Origin: Eubacteriales bacterium
GTDB lineage: Bacteria; Bacillota; Clostridia; Oscillospirales; CAG-272
Length of the DNA stretch: 64,000 nucleotides
Assembly: GCA_045580835.1 (NCBI GenBank)
Contig: JAZNOM010000030.1
Location: 17,162 to 81,161, forward strand
Direction of reading: 5' to 3'
Shown here: positions 10,260 to 19,649 of the stretch, in pieces
Layout of the letters: every line of letters begins with the position of its first letter
Numbering within the stretch: the stretch's first letter is position 1
Notes under the pieces: model-generated
Seen by the model: only the letters and a program-made list of their open reading frames with translations
What the model was told of the DNA's origin: nothing
Database searches by the model: none
Position numbers and translations under genes: made by a program

Positions 10260-11624
10260 TCAAACAATTTCACCACGCAGATTAAATGGCTCTGCGCGAG
10301 TGATTTTAATGTTTACAAATTTACCGATAACACTTTCATCAGCGGCAAAATGAACAAGCTTGTTAGACTCGGTTCTGCCGGTGAAAGTAGAAATATCGTT
10401 TTTGCTTAAGCCTTCTGCCAGCACGCGAACGGTTTTACCAACCATTTCTTCATTTTTCTCAAGCGAGATTTGATTTTGAAGTTCAAGAAGTTTTTGCATA
10501 CGAGCTGATTTCACTTCGGCAGAAACTTGATCTTCCATTTCCGCTGCAGGCGTTCCCTTTCGCGGCGAATAAATAAATGAATAAATCATGTCATAGCGCA
10601 CTTCTCTCAAAATATCGAGAGTTGCCTCAAAATCCTCTTCAGTTTCTCCAGGAAACCCGACAATAATATCGGTTGTAAGCGCGATTTCCGGCATGGCTTC
10701 ACGCATTTTTCTTACATTATCAAGATAATGTGCGCGGTCATAGTGGCGATTCATTATTTTCAAAATACGGTCACTACCGGACTGAAGCGGTAGGTGAAAA
10801 TGCTTTGCAACGCGCTTGCTTTTCGCCATAGCCGCAATAAGTGCATCGGAAACATCTTTCGGATGGCTAGTCATAAATCTTATTAAAAAGTCGCCGTCTA
10901 TTGCAGAAAGTTTTTCAATTAGTTCTGCAAAAGTACACCCGCCTTTATAAGAGTTTACGTTTTGACCAAGCAAAGTAATTTCTTTTGCACCGCTTTCGAC
11001 AAGCTCGCGTACCTCATCAACTACATAGTGATAATCGCGGCTTCTCTCGCGGTCTCTAACGTACGGCACTATACAGTATGAGCAAAAATTGTTGCAACCG
11101 TACATAATGCTGACCCAGGCTTTAGACTCGCTTTCGCGCAAAACGGGGATTTCTTCGCCGATTTCGCGCGCATTATCGCCAAAACTGAAAAGTCTGCCCT
11201 TTTTGCCGAGTACCGAGAACAAAATCTCAGGAAAACGGTCAAGTGATGACGGTTCAAATGAAAAATCGACATACGGATAACTGTTTTTAAGCTCGTCAAC
11301 GCGGTGCTTTTGCGCAACCATGCATCCGCATACGCCAATTAAAAGATTAGGGTTCTTTGCTTTAAGATGCTTATATTGCCCGATTGTTGATAGCGCTTTT
11401 AACTCTGCGTGTTCACGTACGGCACAAGTATTAACAACAATCAAATCTGCATCTTTAACATCACTGACGATGTCATATCCCATTGCGTTTGCCATACCGC
11501 GAAGCTTTTCGGAGTCTGCCTCGTTTTGCTGGCATCCAAAAGTTACGACCGCAGCACGCCTACGTCTTTTTTCGGTAGCAAAAGCGTCATTATTCTGCTT
11601 TATAAGCTTTATATATTCTTTCAT
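10260..11624 (-). CDS. miaB: tRNA-i6A37 methylthiotransferase
   Basis: UPF0004 N-domain (TFGCQQNEADSE), radical-SAM CNNFCSYC and a C-terminal TRAM domain. Confidence 0.9.
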   Translation of the reverse strand: MKEYIKLIKQNNDAFATEKRRRRAAVVTFGCQQNEADSEKLRGMANAMGYDIVSDVKDADLIVVNTCAVREHAELKALSTIGQYKHLKAKNPNLLIGVCGCMVAQKHRVDELKNSYPYVDFSFEPSSLDRFPEILFSVLGKKGRLFSFGDNAREIGEEIPVLRESESKAWVSIMYGCNNFCSYCIVPYVRDRERSRDYHYVVDEVRELVESGAKEITLLGQNVNSYKGGCTFAELIEKLSAIDGDFLIRFMTSHPKDVSDALIAAMAKSKRVAKHFHLPLQSGSDRILKIMNRHYDRAHYLDNVRKMREAMPEIALTTDIIVGFPGETEEDFEATLDILREVRYDMIYSFIYSPRKGTPAAEMEDQVSAEVKSARMQKLLELQNQISLEKNEEMVGKTVRVLAEGLSKNDISTFTGRTESNKLVHFAADESVIGKFVNIKITRAEPFNLRGEIV

Positions 11625-11708
11625 TAATTTATACCTTATATATAAAAGTCCATAAAATCACAAAATATATTATAACAAAAATATCTCCTCATTGCAACAA
11701 TTTTTGCG

Positions 11709-11738
11709 CAAAAAAAGCGGCTGGCATACTGCCAACCA
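11709..11738 (-). terminator. intrinsic terminator
   Basis: Minus strand ggttggca-gta-tgccagcc followed by a T7 tract. Confidence 0.7.
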
Positions 11739-11744
11739 CTTTTG

Positions 11745-14135
11745 TTATGAAAGTTTTGTAACACGGAGATTATCAAAAGACGTAACTCCAAGACTTGTTG
11801 GACCTTGCTGATACTGGTTAAGCATTCTGAGACCGAAAGTACCATGACTCCAGCAGGAGCCGCCGCTGCACGAAAGGTCGAGAATGACTTCACCGCTTTC
11901 AAGGTCACTATACACGCATCTTAAATCGTTGCCTATAACCGTTAACTTTAAATGCAAATCATCACCAATGGAAAAATATTCATCACTAACTATAAAATTC
12001 ATTCCCCAATTTCCGTAAGAGTTGGCATAGCCATGCGCACCCATCTTACCGTTTTTTGAAATGAAACTAAAATAGCCGTAAAAAGCATTTGAAGAGGAAG
12101 GATTTGCCTTATTTAAATCACATCTTGAAAGTATTCCGGTTTGTGTCTGAATATCATAAATGTCAACGTCAACTTGATAGTCTGTCAACATATCCCAGCC
12201 GCTACCCTTGTATAGGATAAAACCGCAACTATTCAAAAAGAAATCATCATAGTCGTTTGTAGGTACGGCATCAAGCCAAAGTCTGCCATCTCTTACAGAC
12301 CATGCCCCACGAAGAATCTTAAAATCATCTAAAGCACTCTCGCCAGAAAAATCGTTAAAATAGAAAAGAGTTGAATAGTAATTATCATCTCGACTTTCCA
12401 ATACAAACATACCGTTGGAAAAAGTGTAGTATTCAGTAGCGGATTTTGAGGCATTCTCACGGTATGTGCCTTTTATCAAATGACTATCATTGTCAATCAC
12501 AGGGTTAGGAATGGAAGAAAAACTGGGACAAAGCTCATATCCGTTTTGGGTGTACAAATAGCAGTGATAAGAAACCGCGCCCTGTACGCCGTAACCGCCT
12601 TTACAGATTAAAAGATCCTTATTACCGTCAAAATTTGTATCGACTAAAGTTGCAAGTTCTTTTGCAGATGGGCAGTAAGAAACATCATCGTCCAAAACGT
12701 ATGTGATGATCTGACCGTTATGCATTTTGATGTCCCAATATATAAGAGAATCATCTGCCGTGCGATACTCGGTTACCTTAAACATGCCGGAATCAAAGGT
12801 ATCGACAATTGAAGGCGTGGTTGGAACCGGTTTTACATAAGGCGCTTTAGTAGTTGCGGGGGCAGAAGTAATGTTGGGAATTTCGGTTTCTGCCGTTGTT
12901 TCCAAAGCAGTGGTAACAACTTCCTCCGTAATTTCAGTTGTATCAACGGTTTGCGTTTCTGCCGTTGTAACGATTTCCGCAGTAGTGGAAGCCGTGGTCT
13001 CGGCAGTTGTTGTTTCTTCATCTTTAGAAAAATCGTTAACATTAATCGTTAGACTGCAGCTTATAAGCACGCCCGAAATTAAACAAAGTATCACCGAAAA
13101 AAGAATTATGCCGATTCCGCGTTTCTTTTTTTCGGTATCCATAATGCTGATAAAACGCGCTTTTACGGATTTTTTGTTGGGCGAAAAATGAGTAGTCAAC
13201 GCTGCTCCCTGACGGCGGCAGTTGCGGATAACATTAAGCATGGCAGTACCGTATTCCCTGCGCTCTTCAATATCGCAATTCTCAAGCACTTCAGCATCGC
13301 ACGAAAGCTCCATTTCCTGCACGCAGCGCGCACAGACATAATGCACAAGCGGATTAAACCAATGCAGTGATTTTGCCACTAGGCAAGCAAATTTTACCCA
13401 AAGGTCGCGCCTTGTAAAATGCTTTAGCTCATGGGCAAGCATGCCGGCAAGCGCATTTTCATCAAGTCCGGAAGGCAAAACAACACGAGGAATAAGTAAG
13501 CCTATAATCATTGGACTGTCAGTTGCGGTACTTTCCCAAATCAACGGCGGGTCAGATATGCCGTTTTGTCTGCATACGTCCGCGTATATTGAATACACAT
13601 GCTCTTCGCCAAGTGTTCTTCCCTTTTTAATTCTAAAAATGAAAAGTGAGTGCGTGAGCAGTGAAAAAAACAGATAGATGCCGGCACCGATAAAATAAAC
13701 CTTTGAAAACAAATTAAACCAATCCTCGCCGGACATGAGCTTGTAAAAAGGCACCTTATCAGACGTGCTGATCGGCTCCTCTGTTGCAGGAGCACTGGGC
13801 ACGGTGACAGGATTTTGCGGCGAAGGTTTAAGCGGAATTTGATTTTTGTTTTCAATTTCTAATGAAGAGTCGTTAAAACTGTTATTATATGAAACCTCAT
13901 TAATCGGCATTTTGGCTTCTTCACTTGGAGTTGCAAGCAATTCCACCTCTAATAGCGAAGGCACGCTAGGGATTCCGATAGGTATTGCTAAACGAAGCAA
14001 CACGATGCAAAGAATTATGTAGCGGCTTTTTGCTTTGATTTTTTTGCCAAAAAGTTTAAAAAGCAAAAATATAAGCAAAATGACCGCTGTCATTGTTACC
14101 GTTGTTTCGGCAACTGACATTAAAAAATCAGTCAT
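11745..14135 (-). CDS. BlaR1/MecR1-like M56 peptidase membrane sensor with Thr-rich linker and LamG/DUF1080-like extracellular C-terminus
   Basis: N-terminal TM helices and an HELKHxxxxD zinc motif (MLAHELKHFTRRD). It sits immediately downstream of a BlaI-family repressor. No SxxK penicillin-binding motifs were noticed in the C-terminal part. Confidence 0.75.
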   Translation of the reverse strand: MTDFLMSVAETTVTMTAVILLIFLLFKLFGKKIKAKSRYIILCIVLLRLAIPIGIPSVPSLLEVELLATPSEEAKMPINEVSYNNSFNDSSLEIENKNQIPLKPSPQNPVTVPSAPATEEPISTSDKVPFYKLMSGEDWFNLFSKVYFIGAGIYLFFSLLTHSLFIFRIKKGRTLGEEHVYSIYADVCRQNGISDPPLIWESTATDSPMIIGLLIPRVVLPSGLDENALAGMLAHELKHFTRRDLWVKFACLVAKSLHWFNPLVHYVCARCVQEMELSCDAEVLENCDIEERREYGTAMLNVIRNCRRQGAALTTHFSPNKKSVKARFISIMDTEKKKRGIGIILFSVILCLISGVLISCSLTINVNDFSKDEETTTAETTASTTAEIVTTAETQTVDTTEITEEVVTTALETTAETEIPNITSAPATTKAPYVKPVPTTPSIVDTFDSGMFKVTEYRTADDSLIYWDIKMHNGQIITYVLDDDVSYCPSAKELATLVDTNFDGNKDLLICKGGYGVQGAVSYHCYLYTQNGYELCPSFSSIPNPVIDNDSHLIKGTYRENASKSATEYYTFSNGMFVLESRDDNYYSTLFYFNDFSGESALDDFKILRGAWSVRDGRLWLDAVPTNDYDDFFLNSCGFILYKGSGWDMLTDYQVDVDIYDIQTQTGILSRCDLNKANPSSSNAFYGYFSFISKNGKMGAHGYANSYGNWGMNFIVSDEYFSIGDDLHLKLTVIGNDLRCVYSDLESGEVILDLSCSGGSCWSHGTFGLRMLNQYQQGPTSLGVTSFDNLRVTKLS

Positions 14136-14140
14136 TGTAA

Positions 14141-14527
14141 TTATTTTTTGCTATTAAGAATAGCGGTTATCTCGTCAATATCATCCTCTGTGAGTTTTCC
14201 GCTTTCGCAAAGAGATGCAATAAGCGGTTGCCATTTACCGGAACAAAGCTTATCAATAAGCGTTTCGCTTTCTGCATCGCGGTAATCCTTTTCCGCTACC
14301 AAAGGAGAAATCATCTTATACGGCAAAGACGCTTCAATGTGCTCAATTTTTACAAAACCTCTTTTGGCAAGCCTATCAATAAGAGTGTGAACCGCGGCTT
14401 TGGTGCATTTGCGCGAAGATTGAAGCTCGGAGCAAATGTCGGCAACCTTCATTGCGACTCCGCTTCTCCAAAGAATAATCATAATGTCAAGTTCCGCTTC
14501 GGGAATTTTAGCAAGTTTTCTAGCCAT
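14141..14527 (-). CDS. BlaI/MecI/CopY family transcriptional repressor
   Basis: Winged-helix N-terminus (EAELDIMIILW...). Start set at MARKLAK because GAGGTG lies 6 nt upstream. Confidence 0.8.
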   Translation of the reverse strand: MARKLAKIPEAELDIMIILWRSGVAMKVADICSELQSSRKCTKAAVHTLIDRLAKRGFVKIEHIEASLPYKMISPLVAEKDYRDAESETLIDKLCSGKWQPLIASLCESGKLTEDDIDEITAILNSKK

Positions 14528-14603
14528 TGTAAACACCTCAAAAAATATATTTATGATTTTATATTATACCACACCTATATACATTCGTCAACCTGATTTT
14601 AAT

Positions 14604-14631
14604 AAAAAAAGCGCAAAATTGCGCTTTTTTT
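14604..14631. terminator. bidirectional terminator-like hairpin
   Basis: aaaaaaagcgc-aaaatt-gcgcttttttt. Confidence 0.55.
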
Positions 14632-15253
14632 ATTCGCCGTACACAATTAAACGTACTGTTCCATCACTGTTTAAATAGACAGTTTGGCAACCGCCTGCGG
14701 TGTTATCGGTATAAAAAACAATTTTCCAAATATTCTCTTCATCATCAAAGAACACATCCGTTGCATTATACCCAACAGTACATTTTTCTTTAGCAATTTC
14801 AATTGCTTTTTCTCGGCTAAGTAAATCGCCGCCGCTGACTGCGGAGCCTTTTTTACATTTAAACTCTTCGATATCGTCTTCAAAAGAAAACGAAGATGTG
14901 CCGCGAGCGTAATCGTATATTGCGCCATTCTCAAGGACAACCGTGCTCTGCGAAGAATCGGTTAATGCGCTGTAACATTTTATGGTTTCTGCTTCCGCGC
15001 AGTCTTCAACGGCTTCGTTTTTACTGAAAAAATAGAACTCATTGGCATTATTTACGCCATATGTTTGCGTTTCTGCATTTCTAGCTTTGCTTCTGTTTGT
15101 AAAATTTCCGTAAATAAGTACACCGCTTATTATAAATAAAAGCGAGAAAGCGGCAATACCGCGAGTCCACGTTAAATAACTGCGCTTATTTGCACTTCGT
15201 TTTTCGGCAGCTTTAGCATATACATACTCTTTAAATTGTTCTTTAGTTCGCAT
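14630..15253 (-). CDS. single-pass membrane protein, putative anti-sigma factor with PepSY-like C-terminus
   Basis: Overlaps the sigma-factor stop by 11 nt. One TM helix (GIAAFSLLFIISGVLIYG). The C-terminal REKAIEIAKEK...WKIVFY pattern is PepSY-like. Confidence 0.5.
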   Translation of the reverse strand: MRTKEQFKEYVYAKAAEKRSANKRSYLTWTRGIAAFSLLFIISGVLIYGNFTNRSKARNAETQTYGVNNANEFYFFSKNEAVEDCAEAETIKCYSALTDSSQSTVVLENGAIYDYARGTSSFSFEDDIEEFKCKKGSAVSGGDLLSREKAIEIAKEKCTVGYNATDVFFDDEENIWKIVFYTDNTAGGCQTVYLNSDGTVRLIVYGE

Positions 15254-15851
15254 TGTCGCTCTCTCCTTCCGTAAGTATTTTTTTAAGCATACCTTTTGCC
15301 CTATATACTATGTTATCAATTTGTTTTTTGCTTTTGCCGAGAACCTTTGCCGCATTTTCATACGATAGTTCTTCAAAGAAAATCAAATACACAACCGCAC
15401 GATAGTCTTCAGACAGTTTCAAAATAGCATTATGCAAAGCACGCTTGGCTTCATCCTCAATAAAGGTATCTTCAATTTGCTCGGCGGCTGCTGTTTCAGG
15501 AACTTCCTCCGGTGCTACAGTTTTCTTTTTTGAGTCTTTTCTGACAAAATCAATAGCTTTGTGCCTACCTATAGAATATAGATATGTTCGAAAATCACTG
15601 TTGCCCAAAAAACGTTTTTTATGTAAAATCAGTTCTACAAAAGTGTCAGCAGCAAGCTCTTCAGCTACAGAGTAGTTGCCGACAATTTTATTTATAAATA
15701 AGATTAAACCGTCATGGTAAGCGTCCATCAGCTCATCAAAAGCCTGCTCTTCGCCGTTTACATACCGACGGTAGCATTCAGTGCCGTTAAACATTTTTTC
15801 TCCCATCGCTGCTCTCACAGATTTGTCGCTAAAATAAACAGAAATCCTCAC
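15243..15851 (-). CDS. ECF-type sigma-70 family RNA polymerase sigma factor
   Basis: Region 2 (AEELAADTFVEL...) and a region 4 HTH (LSYENAAKVLGKSKKQIDNIVYRAK). The true start may be an internal Met (MGEKMF). Confidence 0.8.
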   Translation of the reverse strand: MRISVYFSDKSVRAAMGEKMFNGTECYRRYVNGEEQAFDELMDAYHDGLILFINKIVGNYSVAEELAADTFVELILHKKRFLGNSDFRTYLYSIGRHKAIDFVRKDSKKKTVAPEEVPETAAAEQIEDTFIEDEAKRALHNAILKLSEDYRAVVYLIFFEELSYENAAKVLGKSKKQIDNIVYRAKGMLKKILTEGESDNAN

Positions 15852-15975
15852 AAGACAGCAAAATTATTTTTTATAAATTATATCACATTATATTCCGCAA
15901 ATCTATAGTAAAATAATATCTTGTCAAAATACATCGAAAATGATATAATAAGCTATAAACTTTTTGGAGGAGAAT

Positions 15976-16620
15976 ATGTTTAGACATAAATTCAGAAGAT
16001 TTTTATCTGCACTCGCAGGTTATCTCGAACTTTTGGTTGCTTTAATTATCGTTATTTCTGTAGTTTTGGCATCGCTTGCTCTGATTTTTGACCTTCGTCA
16101 ATATAGCAATGACCTTTTTGCGAAAACCGATTTTTCCGCCACGTTCAGTGCTATGTTTTCTTCCGCAATCGTTATTGTTATCGGAATTGAAATGATAAAA
16201 ATGATTGTGAAACATACACCAGCAAGCGTACTTGAAGTTCTGCTTTTTGTAATTGCCAAGAGAGTTGTCGCCGAAAAGGAGTTCGGCAGCCTTGATATGT
16301 TGCTTTGTGTTATTGCAATTGCCATCATCTTTGCAATCAAAAAGTTTTTGCACTTTGACAGTTATAAAACTAAAGACGGAACAACGTTTTATGCTGACAC
16401 GAACGTTCATGATGTTGAAAAACTATTGCATATTAATCTCCCGTCAAATTTAGGCGATACTATCGGCGAAGTTTTAAAAGGCGAGTTTGCACGTCTTGAA
16501 AGAAAGATAGCAGAGGACGAAGAAATTGTTTTTAATGATGCAATTTTCCGCGTATATAGTATGGAAGACGGAGAAATTAAAAAAATAGAAGTAGTAACCA
16601 AACGAAAACTTTTTAAATAA
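15976..16620 (+). CDS. membrane protein, PsiE-like N-terminal TM region plus soluble C-terminal domain
   Basis: About four TM helices. ATG 15976 follows GGAGGAG; the ORF-track start at 15964 is a TTG inside the RBS. Confidence 0.45.
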   Translation: MFRHKFRRFLSALAGYLELLVALIIVISVVLASLALIFDLRQYSNDLFAKTDFSATFSAMFSSAIVIVIGIEMIKMIVKHTPASVLEVLLFVIAKRVVAEKEFGSLDMLLCVIAIAIIFAIKKFLHFDSYKTKDGTTFYADTNVHDVEKLLHINLPSNLGDTIGEVLKGEFARLERKIAEDEEIVFNDAIFRVYSMEDGEIKKIEVVTKRKLFK

Positions 16621-16650
16621 AAATAGCAGGCAAATGCCTGCTATTTTTAT
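16621..16650. terminator. bidirectional intrinsic terminator
   Basis: atagcaggca-aa-tgcctgctat flanked by A and T tracts. Confidence 0.75.
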
Positions 16651-17498
16651 TTGTTCTGCTCTTTTGCAGCAGTTAAAGTATTTTTTAAAAGCATGGTAAT
16701 AGTCATCGGACCAACGCCGCCGGGAACAGGTGTAATATGAGATGCTTTAGGTTCAACCTCTGCAAAGTTGACATCACCGCAAAGCTTGCCGTTTTCTAAA
16801 CGGTTAATACCGACATCAATTACAACTGCACCGTCCTTAACCATATCAGAAGTTACAAAATTGGCTTTACCAACTGCGGCAACCAAAATATCAGCTTGCC
16901 TTGTGATTTCCGAGAGGTTTTGCGTGCGTGAATGGCAAATTGTGACTGTAGCGTTCTCTTTAAGCATTAACATTGCCTGCGGTTTGCCTACAATATTACT
17001 TCTACCGATAATAACGCAGTGCTTTCCGGCGGGACTAATGCCATAATGCTTTAAAAGTTCCATAACGCCTGCGGGAGTACATGGCAAAAAACTGAAATTA
17101 CCAATCATTATCTTGCCAACGTTTACAGGATGGAACGCGTCAACGTCTTTTTCGGGGTTAATGCGAAGCAATACCTTTTCTTCATCCAGATGTTTTGGCA
17201 AAGGCAATTGCACAAGTATGCCGTTGATGTTTTTATCGGCATTTAATTTGTCAATAAGATTGAGCAACTCGGACTCTGTTGTATCCGCCGGAAGCTCATG
17301 CACCTGCGAATATATACCAACTTCACTGCATGCCTTGTGTTTATTTCTGACGTAAACCTGAGAAGCAGGATTTTCACCCACAATTACTACCGCAAGTCCC
17401 GGGGTTTTCTTATTATTATTTACAAATTCGGCAACATCTCTATTTATTTCTTCGCGAACAGCCGCGGAAGTCGCCTTACCGTCAATTATTATTGCCAT
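16647..17498 (-). CDS. folD: bifunctional methylene-THF dehydrogenase/methenyl-THF cyclohydrolase
   Basis: Canonical FolD sequence (IIDGK..., [19 protein letters not shown]). Confidence 0.95.
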   Translation of the reverse strand: MAIIIDGKATSAAVREEINRDVAEFVNNNKKTPGLAVVIVGENPASQVYVRNKHKACSEVGIYSQVHELPADTTESELLNLIDKLNADKNINGILVQLPLPKHLDEEKVLLRINPEKDVDAFHPVNVGKIMIGNFSFLPCTPAGVMELLKHYGISPAGKHCVIIGRSNIVGKPQAMLMLKENATVTICHSRTQNLSEITRQADILVAAVGKANFVTSDMVKDGAVVIDVGINRLENGKLCGDVNFAEVEPKASHITPVPGGVGPMTITMLLKNTLTAAKEQNK

Positions 17499-18369
17499 TT
17501 GAAGTCACCTCGTTTTTGCGTTTTTTAATTCCAAAGTAAATCAACAAAACAGTGCATACAACAAAGCAAATCGCGCCAACTAACTGCGAAACGCGAATGA
17601 CATTAGGAACAAGCCACAAACTGTCAGTGCGGAGCCCCTCTATAAGCATTCTGCCGAAGCCGTACCAAGCGAGATATGTCAAGAAAATCTGACCGTTGTA
17701 TTTTTTGTGATTGTACAAGTACCAGATAACGAAGAAGCCTATAATATTCCAAAGCGATTCGTATAGGAAGGTAGGGTGAACAAAAATAGCATTTTCGCCC
17801 GCACCGATACCCATTCGCCAAGGTAAATCAGTTTCGTAACCGTAGGCTTCAGCATTCATAAAATTACCCCAACGGCCAATTGCTTGACCGAGAATAATAG
17901 AAGAAGCACCGATATCAAGCAGAACAAGCGGACTTCTCTTTTTTATCTTTGCCATAATAACAAGCGAAATAATACCGCCAATAACCGCGCCGTAAATAGC
18001 AAGACCGCCATTCCAAACTGCTATAATTTCATAAAGAGAGTCAAATCCGCCGTAGAATATTACATAGTAAACTCTCGCACCCAGTACGCTGACAATTACA
18101 GCAGTCAGAATTACATCAAGCATGTCGTCAGTGGTCAGCCCCTCGCCGTGGCCGCGCCAAATTGCGTAAGCCGCGGAAAGCAAGATACCAACCATAATTA
18201 TAATGCCATACCAAGCAATTCCCTGCCAATCTTCGCCGAATATCTTTTTCAAGAATCCAAGACTTTCGGCAGAAACGGCAATATTGCTGATTTCAAACTC
18301 GCCGATTCCAAGTCCTGGAAAAGAAATAGTTGAAATTTTTGAAAGTAAACTAATCATAAACAGCCTCAC
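17482..18369 (-). CDS. lgt: prolipoprotein diacylglyceryl transferase
   Basis: Polytopic membrane protein with [14 protein letters not shown] and [11 protein letters not shown] motifs. Confidence 0.9.
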   Translation of the reverse strand: MRLFMISLLSKISTISFPGLGIGEFEISNIAVSAESLGFLKKIFGEDWQGIAWYGIIIMVGILLSAAYAIWRGHGEGLTTDDMLDVILTAVIVSVLGARVYYVIFYGGFDSLYEIIAVWNGGLAIYGAVIGGIISLVIMAKIKKRSPLVLLDIGASSIILGQAIGRWGNFMNAEAYGYETDLPWRMGIGAGENAIFVHPTFLYESLWNIIGFFVIWYLYNHKKYNGQIFLTYLAWYGFGRMLIEGLRTDSLWLVPNVIRVSQLVGAICFVVCTVLLIYFGIKKRKNEVTSNGNNN

Positions 18370-19649
18370 TTAATAGGAGAAACAATTGAAATCGCAAAAT
18401 ACTCCTCTTTAAAAGTATCTTGTAAGAGTTTTTCAACATAGTCAATATCAATACTGTCAAGAATCTCTACACTGTCAAACAAATCCATGTCTAAAAGCGC
18501 ATATGCTACAAGCTCATTTGCAATTTCGTCAGTACTGTCGAATAATCTTACAAAATCCGCATAAACCGTGCGTTTTGCACGCAAAAATGCATCGCGGTCA
18601 ATGGGCTTACTCTGCATTTCCTTAATGTAGTTCTTTAATATTTCTAAAAACGAATCCGGATCGTCGGTTTCACCGGAATAGTAATTGTAAGCAAAGGAAG
18701 AAGCAGAATCGTACTCACACGAAAACTGCGAGTTCAGGATTCCCTTTTCGTACATTTCATTGTAGAAATCGGTAGAAGAACTAAATAAAATCTCATTGAG
18801 AATTCGCATACCGAAATCTTTTTTAGAGAACTCGCCGAGATTACTCGGAATATCCACGTCTTTTACACCGATCGCGAACTGCGGTTTTGCCACCTGCATT
18901 TTAATCTCATTGCGCGTCTTAAAAACAGAAGCATCCTCGACGTGATAGTTTCTGACAATGTCCAATTTAGGAGCAGCTTTAAGTGATTTGTCAAGCACCA
19001 TGGTAACTTTTTCGACATCAACATCTCCGCAAACGCAGAGAACCATGTTGTTAAGATTGTAAAAGGTGTTATAGCATTTATAAAGCATATCGGCAGTAAT
19101 ATCAGCAATCGACTCTACCGAGCCTGCAATTTCGGTACGAACATCGTGATTTTTATATAGCGCACGCATTAGTTCGTAGTACACGCGTGTGTTTGGGTTA
19201 TCCTCGTACATCTGGATTTCCTGCGCGATAATTCCCTGCTCCTTTGCAACGGTTTCAGGAGTAAAGTAAGGATGAGTTACAAAATCAAGCAAAATCTCAA
19301 GAGATTCATAGAAATTATCGGTCGAAGAAAACAGATAAGCGGTTTTATCAAACGAAGTGTAAGCATTTGCACTTGCACCGGTTCTGCCAAACAATTCAAA
19401 AGTATCTTTTCCGTCTTCGTTTTCAAACATTTTGTGCTCAAGAAAATGTGCGATACCGGCAGGAACGGTTGTAAATTCTGTTTCATTTGCCAATTTGAAG
19501 CAGTTTTCAAGCGAGCCGTACTTTGTTGCGAACAATGCATACGAAGTGCGAAGTTCTTTCGGAAAAACAAAAACGCGAAGTCCGCTTGAATGTGTGAAGC
19601 CGTAATACTTTTCTTCAAGCTTTTTGCTTTCATAAATCTTGATATCCAT
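18366..19649 (-). CDS. M16 (pitrilysin/insulinase) family zinc peptidase, catalytic subunit
   Basis: HxxEH motif (GIAHFLEHKMF). Confidence 0.85.
   Translation of the reverse strand: MDIKIYESKKLEEKYYGFTHSSGLRVFVFPKELRTSYALFATKYGSLENCFKLANETEFTTVPAGIAHFLEHKMFENEDGKDTFELFGRTGASANAYTSFDKTAYLFSSTDNFYESLEILLDFVTHPYFTPETVAKEQGIIAQEIQMYEDNPNTRVYYELMRALYKNHDVRTEIAGSVESIADITADMLYKCYNTFYNLNNMVLCVCGDVDVEKVTMVLDKSLKAAPKLDIVRNYHVEDASVFKTRNEIKMQVAKPQFAIGVKDVDIPSNLGEFSKKDFGMRILNEILFSSSTDFYNEMYEKGILNSQFSCEYDSASSFAYNYYSGETDDPDSFLEILKNYIKEMQSKPIDRDAFLRAKRTVYADFVRLFDSTDEIANELVAYALLDMDLFDSVEILDSIDIDYVEKLLQDTFKEEYFAISIVSPIK

Noticed and set aside
11636-11908. 90 aa minus-strand ORF overlapping the 3' end of the BlaR1-like gene and its terminator
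   Set aside because: It is out of frame with and nested in the longer, motif-supported gene, and it runs through the terminator hairpin.
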